From contig OX597823.1 of the NCBI GenBank assembly GCA_951406725.2, positions 77,686,001 to 77,750,000 of the forward strand: a DNA stretch of 64,000 nt. Direction: 5' to 3'. The notes beneath the pieces are model-generated. The model was given only the letters and a program-made list of their open reading frames with translations, searched no databases and had not been told where the DNA came from. Position 1 is the stretch's first letter. The number at the start of each line of letters is the position of its first letter. The translations under genes were made by a program, and so were the position numbers. The DNA comes from Octopus vulgaris (Eukaryota). Positions 47,700-59,663 of the stretch are shown here, one piece after another.

Positions 47700-49920
47700 T
47701 TTCCTTTACTTCTTTACTTATTTCCTATAAATAACATAGATCTCTGTTATTTATGTATACCATTTTTATACATTTTTATTTTAATTCTACAATTCCTTTT
47801 AAGACTTTAGTTTTTAAAATTTCTTTTAATCCAGTTTTATTGGAACAGCAAATTTTCATATATTCCTAATTATTTAGCTATTTTTCATAAGTAATACTCC
47901 ATAATTTTCTTTTTCAAGTTTCACATATCTATGTATAGACAGAAATTTCTAAAGACACATTTTATTTCTTTTAAGTATAATATAATTTATTTGTATAGCA
48001 CCGTTTTTATTTCATTAGACACACGTATCCATATTTTATTTTTAACCTAACATCTTTTAGTTTAAGAATACTTCTAGTCTTTATCATCTCTTCTTTACAT
48101 CCCAATATTTTTCTTTAGAAGAAGAAGCTAGCAATTGATTTATTATTCCTTTAAATTCTAACTATCATGGATATAAGATCCAGCTTTTTATAAATTCCAC
48201 GTTTTTTTTTTTTCCAATTCACTTTATATCACATAATTGGATATGTTTTTTGAAGTTTACACAATACCAATATACATATAATTTTGTTAATCTGATCTGG
48301 AAAGCTTTTTTAAATACAGTAATATGATAACAACACTTTCTATCTTTGGCACAAGGCCAGTAATTTTGAATGATGGGGCTAATTGATTACATCACCCTTA
48401 GTGCTTAACTGGTACTTATTTTAGCAACCTCCAAAACAAAGTAAAGTAACGTTAACTTCAGTAGAATTTGAACTCAGAACATAAAGCTTGAAAAAATATT
48501 ACTAAGTATTTTGTCTGACACGTTAACAATTCTACCAGCTTTTCACCTTAATAATAATAATGATAATGATAATTTCAAATTTTGCCACAAGAGCAGCAAT
48601 TTTAGGGAAGGAGATGAGTCAACTACATCGACCCCAACTTTCAACTGGTACCTCAAAAGGATGAAAGGCAAAGTCAATCTCAGCAGGATTTGAACCCAGA
48701 ACATAACGACAGACTGTCTGGTGTGCTAACAATTCTGCCAGCTCACCACCTTCATTAATAATGATAATAATAATGATAATAATTATCATTATTTCTACTC
48801 TAGGCACAAGGCCTTGAAAATTTTGTGGGGGATGGATGCTGGTCAATTACATTGACCCCAGTGTATAACTGGTACTTATTTTATTGACCATGAAAGGAGG
48901 AAAGACAAAGTTGACCTTGGTGGAAGTAAATGGTGGATGAAATGCCACTAAGCATTTTGCCTGGCATGCTAATGATTCTACCAGTTGTGTACTGGGGTCA
49001 ATCTAATCGATCTAATCCCCAAAATTTCGGGCTTTGTGCCTAGAGTAGAAAAGAATATTTATATTCTTTGACATACAGCTTACCTTTCTAAATAATAAGA
49101 TCTGAAGGATTTTAGTTTTTGTAAATACCTTTAATTCTCCAAATTTTAATTTACTTTTATTTGAATCAAATGATTTCTTTTTTATAACAAAGAATTACGA
49201 AAATTTATTTTTAAAAATTGCAGTTCATACAAGTGTTTATTAATTTCCTACAGAAAATTTTTTCCGAGATTTTAATCTTCTTTCATACACAGAACTAAAT
49301 TTCTTTCTGTGTAAGATAAAATTATTTATAGTCATTAAGCTAATATCATTTCTCATTAATAATGTAATACCCCTTGTTATGTGTTTTGTGTAATTATTTT
49401 TATTACTACTAAACACAGCCTTGTTCAAAATTTCAAATTTTAAGTCCTTTGTTTTCATGTTTGTCAGCTATTAAAATAATCCATACGTATATTAAATGCC
49501 CCTTACACGTGCACAGTCATACATACATACATACATACATACATACATACATACATACATACATACATACATACATACATACATACATACATACAGAAAA
49601 TCTGAACAAACCTGATTTGTTTTTTTTTTCCTTTTCCTTCCTTCCTCTCCTTTGTCATACATTGATTATATACAACCATATTACAATTATTTTTTTCCTT
49701 TCTTTTTACTTTTTGGTTATTCTACTCCACCCCATTATAACTAATTTGTTACCTCCTCTCTTTATTTTTTTACATTTATTTATACAACTAATTGCCATAA
49801 TCCCACTATAGTTTGAAAAGCCAGCTTTGCCAAAACTTTGAAAGTCTCTGTCATCTTTTTAAAATAGATATTTCTTTCTTCAGATACGTATTGAGTTCTT
49901 TATTCAGCTGTTTGCTGCTT
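47700..49920 (-). pseudogene. Possible decayed LINE (APE endonuclease-like), interrupted by SINEs and (TACA)n
   Basis: A-rich minus strand; IILIA, RGITLLMRNDI and PSDLII occur in APE-like order; weak. Confidence 0.35.
48335..49056 (-). mobile_element. Cluster of three tandem family B SINEs plus an inverted 3' fragment
   Basis: ACTGGTAC motif at about 48408, 48643 and 48868 with B-family flanks; plus-strand fragment TACTGGGGTCAATCTAATCG..GTGCCTAGAGTAGAAA at 48990-49056. Confidence 0.85.
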
Positions 49921-50683
49921 TCATATAACTGAAAACACCTATATTTGCATGCATATGTGCACGTATTTCTCTGTGTGTGTGTGTGTGTGTGTAAAGAGAG
50001 AGAGAGATTTACAGAGAAGTGAAATACATACATTATCATTATGTACACATACGTTTGTGTGTGTGCGTGTGCTCATGTGTGTGTGTGAGTGTGTGTATCA
50101 TGCACACACAGATGCATAATGTGTATTGTTTTAGTGATATCTAAGTTACTGATGCTTTTGTAGAGGACCTCAATAGAAACCATAACAACGGTATTCTGGC
50201 AGCTGTTAAGCTGTCTTTCAGCAAATGAGGCTTCTATATTAATGAGGTAATCTAATGTGTATATATAATGAGCAGATGGTGCTGCCTCTGGCAAATGTGC
50301 TACATTTTACACATTCAATAGAGTGCAATATATAAGTTCTAAAGAATTTACCAATATTATTCCAGTGTGCATATTTTATATTGAAGTCAAAGGTTCGACT
50401 GTGCACAAATTTTGATGTCTCACATGCACTTATTACTCTTGTCAGTGAATTTGTTTCTATTTTCTCTCTCAAATTGGTTCTAATAGTATCTAATATGGTT
50501 TTACATTGAAAATCATTACAATTAGTTCATTCATAGCTTCTGTATACTAATCCAAATATTTGAGTTCTAGATCAGAACTTGATAATTTCCAAACATTTTG
50601 AAGAAACAGATTTATTTTCTCATTTCGTTTTTGGATTTAGTTTGCAAGATTCTTTATATGAGTTCATGAGTTGAAGCATATTC

Positions 50684-50922
50684 TGTTGTGTCTGGGGAGA
50701 GTCATTTTCTTTTTGTGGCTTATAATATAACACACTCACCGGTAAAATTTCCACTTTTTTCTTATTTTTATTTTCCTAAAATTTTCGTTGTGTCTTGCAA
50801 CCTTTTCAATAGTTTTGCAACGAAAATTTTAGGAAAATAAAAATAAGAAAAAAGTGAAAATTTTACCAATAAGTGTTATATTATAAGGCACAAAAAGAAA
50901 ATGACTCTCCCCAGACACAACA
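50684..50922. mobile_element. Fold-back element: ~105-bp arms, 27-nt spacer, hammerhead-like motif at the turn
   Basis: 50684-50790 vs 50818-50922 inverted, about 5 mismatches plus a 2-nt indel; minus strand CTA-TTGAAAA-G-GTTGC-AAGAC-ACAAC-GAA-AATT-T-TAG. Confidence 0.85.
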
Positions 50923-51249
50923 AGATATATTTTCTTTAATTATGTATTAAGTGGTTTCTATTATCACCCTCCTAGATTAAGAATAGCAAATTTTATGAAA
51001 TTCGGTGCCAATCTTAGACCTTCTTCCATGCATGCCAGACTGCTGTTAAGAACTTTGCTCTTTATAAAATAGGATGTTTTATAGGAACATATTTTGTTTG
51101 TGCTCAATTTGTTTAGACTGCAGTTTTTCCCATACAAAGAAGACATATTATAATCATCATCGCCCCCATCTTCATTACCACCACCATCATTGTCATTGTT
51201 GTCATTCTCATTGTTATTGTCATTATCATCTTCAATTCTAATATATGTT

Positions 51250-51720
51250 TGATTGCTCCTGTACTACACAATGTCTTGCCAAAAGTTATATCTGTTTCTA
51301 AAAGCTGGTGCTATCTTTCTATTGGTTTATGTGAGGTTAGTATTCTTTCTTGCATCCTTTGATTTCCAAATGTGCTTGCACAGTGATGTAGTACTTTCCT
51401 TATGGTAGTACTGAAGCAAACTGTTTGGTTGCTACTGATAGCAATTTTAGAATGTTAGTGTTTACAGAAATTGAAGATGAAGACCGAGTAAAAAGTTGGA
51501 CATGGTGATGTTACATATCAGGATATTGTGCCACGCAGAAAGAATGAGAACAAACCCATGAAAGTAAAATTATTTAAGTTTGTATGCCATTGTAAAAGGA
51601 AGTTTCTAATATTTGGAGCAAAGACCTTCTTTGCACAATAGAAAAGTGTCATGATATCCTTTCTGAATTTGAAACAGAAATTTTCTCTTCCCTGAAGAAT
51701 AATTCTGCACAAAATAGTCA
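51250..51720 (-). pseudogene. Penelope-like element relic (GIY-YIG endonuclease region)
   Basis: HKESTTSLCKHIWKSKD (about 51354-51404) matches the ST.LSKHIW.LKD motif of Penelope GIY-YIG domains; upstream PNI..H and downstream APAF in the expected order. Confidence 0.55.
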
Positions 51721-52244
51721 AAATTCATCTTTATATAACCGATAACTACTCAAGTGATTTTACTATCATACCTCATATATTTAGATATGATATTTAGATT
51801 TTTCTTTTGTTTTACATATATAACAAAAGAAAAATCCAAAAATCCAATATATATAGATATATATATATATACAAAAGAAATAACCCCAAAATTCCAAAAA
51901 CCTGATATATATATATATATATGTATGCATCTAAATACATAAACATATGTATTTATATACATAAACATATATATGTATATATGTATTTATAGACATAGAC
52001 GTATATATATATTTATACATTCACACACAACAAACATATACACATACACAGACATATACATATACATACAATACACGACTGTGACTGTGTATGTCAGTGT
52101 GTATGTACTATGAAAGTGAATGTTATTTTTATCAGATTTTATGGTAACTCAGGAACAATGTGCTTTAAGCAATAAATAAAAAAGAACCCTTATTTTTTGC
52201 TATTTACATCCACTTCCTAGCATTCATGCCAATAAGGAAAGTCT

Positions 52245-52475
52245 ATACATGGCTGTATGACTTGTTATAAATAGCAGCCAAAATCTCACTCATATTACAA
52301 CATTCTTAACAAAATGAAAGGACATTGAATGGAGTAAGTCCTACGTATTGTGAGTCAGAAGAAAGGAAAAGCCACTAGAGTCTCTGCAGGGAATAAGCGG
52401 CTTTGATCACAGGTGATCACAGGGCTGACCTGGGGCTAAACACCACCGCCACCACCACCACCAACAACAACAACA
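52245..52475 (+). repeat. Family E repeat
   Basis: AAATAGCAGCCAAAATCTC..CAGGGCTGACCTGGGGCTAAACACC(ACC)n(AAC)n. Confidence 0.7.
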
Positions 52476-53820
52476 AAAATATCATCCAAATAGTGTTAAC
52501 GCTTAAACATGTTAGCACCTTCATTTGAGTGAATTTCCTGATATTTCATCCATCTCTAATAGAAAATATCTACTACCAATATTGTTTGAGTTTTTAACAA
52601 ATGTCTGTCTTACTCTAGATTTTTAATGATATCATTATTATGATATTACATTGCTTTGCATCAATGAAAACTTTTATATCATTGTTACCTATACCGATAT
52701 CTCTTTCATATCATTGTTATCAATATATCTTTGATATTATTGTTATCAATATATTTCAAATATTATTTGTTCTCCTGCATCAATATTGTTCGTTTTTTCC
52801 CTTTTTTTTCCTCTTTGCTTCACATCTTCATCAATCTTGCCTCATATCTTTGTGCGTGTAGGTGTATATATATATATATATGCATGTGCATATATGCTTA
52901 TATGTATGTATTTGTAAGTTTGTGTTTGAAAGTACATATTTGTATGCGTGCATGCCTCTCTATACATATATATTCATAAACATTTATGTATCTCTGTATA
53001 GATTTATAAATATATTTCTCAACGATTTTTCTCTTTGTACCTCTTTGTTGCACACAATCTCTTTGCATAACCTACTATCTCTTTTTCTCTCTCTCTCCCT
53101 TACTCATTTTTCCTCTTCTATTTTTCTCTCTCTCTCTCTTTCTCTCTGCCTCATTTTTCCTCTCTTATTTTCTCTCTCTCTCTTTCTCTCCTGTTTTCTC
53201 TCAAACATCTCCCTTCTCATACTTCATTTTATCCTATTCAGTACTTAGGATGAATAACCACAACTACTCTCCCTCTCTCCTTCTCTCCTCATCCACTCAT
53301 CCTTGCTCTTTCTCACAGTATCTCTCTACTCTTCTCTTTACCTCACGTTAAATTCACCTTTCATTTTCAGTATTGCTAATAAACAAGAAAAGCATTCGTT
53401 ACCCAACTCCTTCTTTTCTCCCCCTCAAATAAACCATCTTCCATTCAAAGCTGTTTGATCTCCTATGGAAATACAACAAAAATAAATAAACATATAAATA
53501 AATAGCTGTAACAAAACATATATTTTCTCTCTGAAAGCTCAGTAATTTTAAGGTTGGATATTGGTACAAAAATTTCTACCCACATCCCTCACAATTTTTA
53601 GCCTATTTGTAAAAATTAAATAAATTTAGGGTCAATGAATACACAATTTCTGTTTTAAGATTTTAGTATATTTTCTAAATTCATTTACATTCAAATGTGT
53701 TTTTTCACTTCAACAAACAAATCACCACCAATTCACCAGAAGAAAGAAAAATGCAGAAAAATTGTACTTCAACACCATCACGGATTTATTTGTTTTTTTG
53801 CCTGTTTTAATGTTGTCGTT

Positions 53821-53851
<31 letters not shown>

Positions 53852-53982
53852 GCATTGTTGATTTGACTCAGGTTCAATCTTATACCTGGTAGGATTTATA
53901 TGGGTAGTGGGTTACTACCTGTAATCTTGGGTATCCACAAGCGTTCAATAATCTTTTAAGCGCTTAAAACATTGTTCTTCTT

Positions 53983-54056
<74 letters not shown>

Positions 54057-54200
54057 GGCAAGCTATAATGTTAGTGCTCCAAATAAAATGCATAGAAGTA
54101 TTTTACCCATTGCTACATTCTGAGTTTAAATTCCATCCCCTCTCCCAAAATTGCTGCCCTTGTGGCAAAATTTGAAATTACTATTATTATTATTATTATT

Positions 54201-54790
54201 GAGTGAGAGAACAGTGCATGTCATCAAAGAGACACTGGTGTAAAATATATGAAGCCCATTATACCCATCATGACTACCTATCTAATAAGGGTACACCAGG
54301 CACATGCATTACAGCCATATGTACACAACATGGTGATCTCATATCAGGATAAACAGCACAGGATCTTGCAGGTGGGGCCCAGTTAGAATTTTCTTCAAGT
54401 CAAGTAGTCCATACTACTCAAAAGATCCCTGAATAAGGGTTGTTTAAGGATGTTGAACAAAATACCCATGTTTTCAGGGGTGAATTATCCAAACTCCAAA
54501 GAATTCCTCTGAACACATGGCTATGATGCTCACCCACTACTTCTTGTGATCAGAGAAGCACATATCGTCAGCCACTAAGAGACATGGTCAACTAGTTAAG
54601 GTCAAACAACTGACAAGCAAATCTGTGGTATTGAGCAGAATATTTTCTGCAGCCCATGTTTTATACCAAGACAAACAATGTACATGATAACACTTTCAAT
54701 CAGTTAAGATGCGAAGCCATGAAATCTACTGCCTGGTACTTCATCAGTACATCCTATTGCTTCAGGGCATTTACTATATCAGGGTATTTT
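54201..54790. mobile_element. ~580-bp GC-richer interspersed element inserted in an (ATT)n tract
   Basis: Abrupt composition change with ATT-rich repeats on both flanks; resembles an abundant octopus repeat from memory; class unknown. Confidence 0.55.
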
Positions 54791-55234
54791 ATTACTATTA
54801 TCATTAATACTATAGATTTATCATTATTATCATCATTATTATTATATACATATGTGTATGAATATAGTTCATAGATGAGAATCAGACATCCTCTATATAG
54901 CATACACATAGTAGTGCTCAAGAGGTTTAACCCTGAGTAAGCAGAGGAACAAATGTAAGGATAAGCAAGTTAGGTAGGTCAATATACAAAGAATGTTTAA
55001 TAAATACATTAAATACAAAAAAGGCAAAAAAAAGATGTATATATGTTTAGATATAAAACGGTTCAACTTACACAGAATAGAAATTATATCAAGAATTAAA
55101 GGGGTTGAAGAAAAGTTCAACAGCTGTTTCTGGAGGCCCAGTGGTACAAAATAATGATGAATCGATTGAATCAACTGGCCTCCTCCCCCAAAATTTCTGG
55201 CCTTGTACCTAGAGTAGGAAAGAATATATATATA

Positions 55235-55277
<43 letters not shown>

Positions 55278-55688
55278 ATGTGTGCATGTATGTATTTGTG
55301 TGTCTGTGTTTGTCCCCCCTCCAAATGTTGTATACATATATATGTGTATGCGTGTGTATATGCGCACATATATATCATATTATATGTATGCATATATATG
55401 TATACATGTGTATATGTGTATGTGTGTGTGCATGTAAACACTTAAATATACATGTGCATGTATATTTATATAATATATAGATATATTTATATATTAATGC
55501 ATATATATATTTTATATACACTACTTGAGCTGTTGAAAGAAAACTTAGGTCAGTATTCTATTCAGTAGTAATACAAGCATTCATACAGAAACACTTACAT
55601 AAATGTATGTATATATATTTATATATGTATATGCATCTATATTTATACATATGTGTATATCTGACTTGTGTGTTTGTTTGATTATGCA

Positions 55689-55727
<39 letters not shown>

Positions 55728-56246
55728 ATAATAATGTTACTAATTTGTTGGATAAATAAGCAGAAGAGTTTAGAAAGAGAACAATAAAAAAATAGTGTAA
55801 ATAAATGAATGAATAAATATATATACTGGGAAACTTGTTTAAGGCAAACAGTTCATGTTATCAGAATTGGAAGAACATTAAAAAAAAGGGGGGAAAATAA
55901 ATAAAAAAAAGAACAGAAGAAGGAATGGAAAGATCACATGAAAAATTGGGATGTTTTATCACAGTGTTTATTATCGATACTCCCACTGACAGAAACAGTG
56001 AAATAAATTGCACACACACATACACACACACACACACACACATACACACACATGTACACGTGCACATAGACATATATATATATATATATATGTGAAAATA
56101 TGTATATACACATACATGTCTGTGATAGTATATAAATATATGTGTGTGTGCGTGTGTACATATCTATACGTATATATGTATATATATATATATATGTGTG
56201 TGTATGTGTGTATATATGTGTATATATATATGAATATATATATCTG

Positions 56247-56278
<32 letters not shown>

Positions 56279-56296
56279 TATATATATCTGTATATA

Positions 56297-56337
<41 letters not shown>

Positions 56338-56338
56338 G

Positions 56339-56376
<38 letters not shown>

Positions 56377-56689
56377 TATATATATATATGCATATGTTAG
56401 TATATGTGTCTTAGCACGGTTAATAAGAAGAGACACTTGAAAAGAAAGTGAGGCCAATTATTAAAATAAATATATCTAGAATATATTAGCTGTGATATTG
56501 GGCATATTCTATATCTATTTATTTCAGCATATAGCTTGAATTTATTTCGAACCATCAGTTCTTATTTGCTACATTTATCATTGTATATGTCCTTATACAC
56601 AACTTGATTCTTTTCACATTTAAAGAGACTTCTCACAAATTTGTTTTGAATATGAATGCAAAACATATGAATATATATATATATATATA

Positions 56690-56811
56690 CTTTATTTTAA
56701 GCAGCAGAAAATTCGTTGAATTTTCTGCTGCTTAAAATAAAGCATATTACTCTACCACTGGTATTTGAGTACTCTTTTTTCCACCTTGTTTCACATTTAT
56801 GTGTTTACTCC

Positions 56812-56815
<4 letters not shown>
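56690..56815. mobile_element. Insert in (TA)n starting with a perfect 25-bp hairpin containing AATAAA
   Basis: CTTTATTTTAAGCAGCAGAAAATTC-GTT-GAATTTTCTGCTGCTTAAAATAAAG (56690-56742). Confidence 0.8.
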
Positions 56816-56863
<48 letters not shown>

Positions 56864-57246
56864 TATATTATATTTCATATTATATTATATTATAGTATAT
56901 TATATTATATTATATATAATCACTTGAATATATAGTCAATCTTTACCGCATGGACTTAGACATCAATAAAGATTCTGGAGCATAAGTTCAAATCTGTTGA
57001 GCACTACCACATGTTTTCTATATTGACCATCTCTGGATATCACTTCTTGACTCTCTATATAAGATATATTTATCTATATATTCATATTTATGTATGTATG
57101 TATGTTTGTGTGTGTATGTATGTATATACACTATTAAGGAATCAGGGGAGTATCAGGTACCTTAAATGATAGCCATCAGGTTGAGTAGAATTCTAGCGTG
57201 CCAGGAATCCTATGATGGATACCTCTTATGTGTTTAAATGTACACC

Positions 57247-57301
<55 letters not shown>

Positions 57302-57308
<7 letters not shown>

Positions 57309-57470
57309 CAAAATGGGACAAGAACGCAAAACATCCGGACAACTAGCTGTACAAAAAGGGACAACGAAACATCCAGATAGACGATACAAAAAAAATAAGG
57401 ATGGGTCATTCGAAGTTTTCTATCCTCGGTCAAAAACCGGATCATCCTCACAATTTCAGCCGATATATAT
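57302..57470. repeat. CpG-rich insert beside (TA)n with an internal ~34-bp duplication (probable retroelement terminus)
   Basis: GGGACAA..AAACATCC..AC occurs twice (57315 and 57358). Confidence 0.45.
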
Positions 57471-58204
57471 TGAGAAAGTGTGAGATAGTTAGATGTATTT
57501 ATATGATATAATAGTTTGCCTGGCAATAGACATAAAAGTAAATAAGTAAAAGAAACAAAGAAAAATAAGTTGCACAAGGGAATTGCTAATTCGTGGGTTT
57601 TACTTTGTCTTATATTGGCAGTTCTTACTGCAAACTCAACACTGCTGTACACTTCTACTTATGTATATATGTATGTATGTATGTGTGTATGAGTGTGTAT
57701 GTAGGGACTTGAGTGTGTGTGCCTATTTTTTTTTTTTGACATCATGTGGCAGATGTAAATGAGTTTCACTGTCATACAAGCAGTGTCATTCATTTCCAAT
57801 ATTCCATGCAAATATGTCCGGCTTTGAAAAACTATTTCCCTGCTTGGAAAGAAGCCACAGATGGGCATGTAGCTATAGAATATCTGCTTCAGTAAACTCT
57901 ATTTGACCAATGAAAGCGTGAAATAGTGGATATTACATGATGATGACAATGCTGATAATACGTGTGTGTGTGTGTGTAAGAACCAAAGCAAATATGAGAA
58001 TTTGTTCAAACAAGCTCTTCTCCTGTTTTGTTTTGCTTTTTCTATGTGTACTCTGTGACCTATAGTAGCCATGGAGTCTTATCAAGTTATGTGTTGGAAT
58101 ATATAGGAAAATATTTAGAAACACACATGGCATTCTCAATACTGGTTATTTGTCATAAGTTTACAATATAAATCACAGTATATAATGATACATTCACACA
58201 CATG

Positions 58205-58428
<224 letters not shown>

Positions 58429-58972
58429 TATGTATGTGTATATACATGTAAGTCTGTGTACTTATGTGTATGTGTATTGGTTCAGGTATAAACGTGCAAT
58501 TAAGAAGCTTACTTTGCAGTTACATACATTGAGGCTTAGTTCCACAGTGTAACACCTTGAGCAGGTGTCTTCTACTACAAATATAAACTAACCAATCCAT
58601 TGAGAGCGAAACAGGGAAGACAAAATTTTGCAGAAGTTTATTGCCTACCACAGGAATTTCAAAGACAATGTCCCAATTTTTCCTTGAGAAAATTATTCCC
58701 ATACTCAACTTTAAGTAATGAGTTTCTCTTCAAGTCAGGTTGTCTTTACATATATTCTGACATATAACACACACTTTTATATATGTGTGGTGGGGCATAG
58801 ACATATTTTTGTGCACACATACAAATATGATTGTGAATATCTGTGTGTATGTGTGTGGTAGGAACTGAGTATGTGTGTGAGTACGTGGTAGCATGTGTGC
58901 ATGTGGTGGTAACTGTGTGTGTAATGCCATAATGAGAGATCAGCAGCTATAGTGACAGGTGTGTGTATGGTT

Positions 58973-59016
<44 letters not shown>

Positions 59017-59596
59017 ACATGCGCGTGTCTTCTGGCATGTGTGCATAGATAGAATAGCCAAGAGTGAGTTGGGGCAGCCTGAAGGATGTGTAAGAGGCAG
59101 TCCGAAGCAGTCTGAAGGGTGTGTGAATAGGTGGATGTGGACGTGTGTTAATGTGTGTGTGTGTATGTTTGTGTGTGCATGTGTATGTATGTAAAAGGGA
59201 GAGTAGTGTAGCAGATTTAAATTTGGATATTTGAATACTATTTTTTGCCACAATAGGAGATTTCATTCCTTCAGGCCATGTGCATTCATAACACATCCAT
59301 GTCTCCAGTGTAAGAAGACTTTGATACACTACAGTGTTTCGACCTTTTTGTGTGTCTCCTCATTCACAAGCTACCCCAACAAACTGGTGAATCTCAAAAG
59401 AGCAAGAGCTCTTGTTTATTGGAATCACAAACAAATTATTTGCTGATGCATGCAGATGTCTTCCAAACAGATAATAATTCATGAGGTGAATGCAAAAACA
59501 ACAAGAATAATGCATCTATTCGTTCTTAAAATGTTCTGGCAGATTTGAACACGACTATCTGATCACTGTCACATATATATATATATACACACATGA

Positions 59597-59663
<67 letters not shown>

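Noticed and set aside
50270-50286. CTCF-like motif AGCAGATGGTGCTGC
   Set aside because: A single degenerate match in 64 kb is expected by chance.
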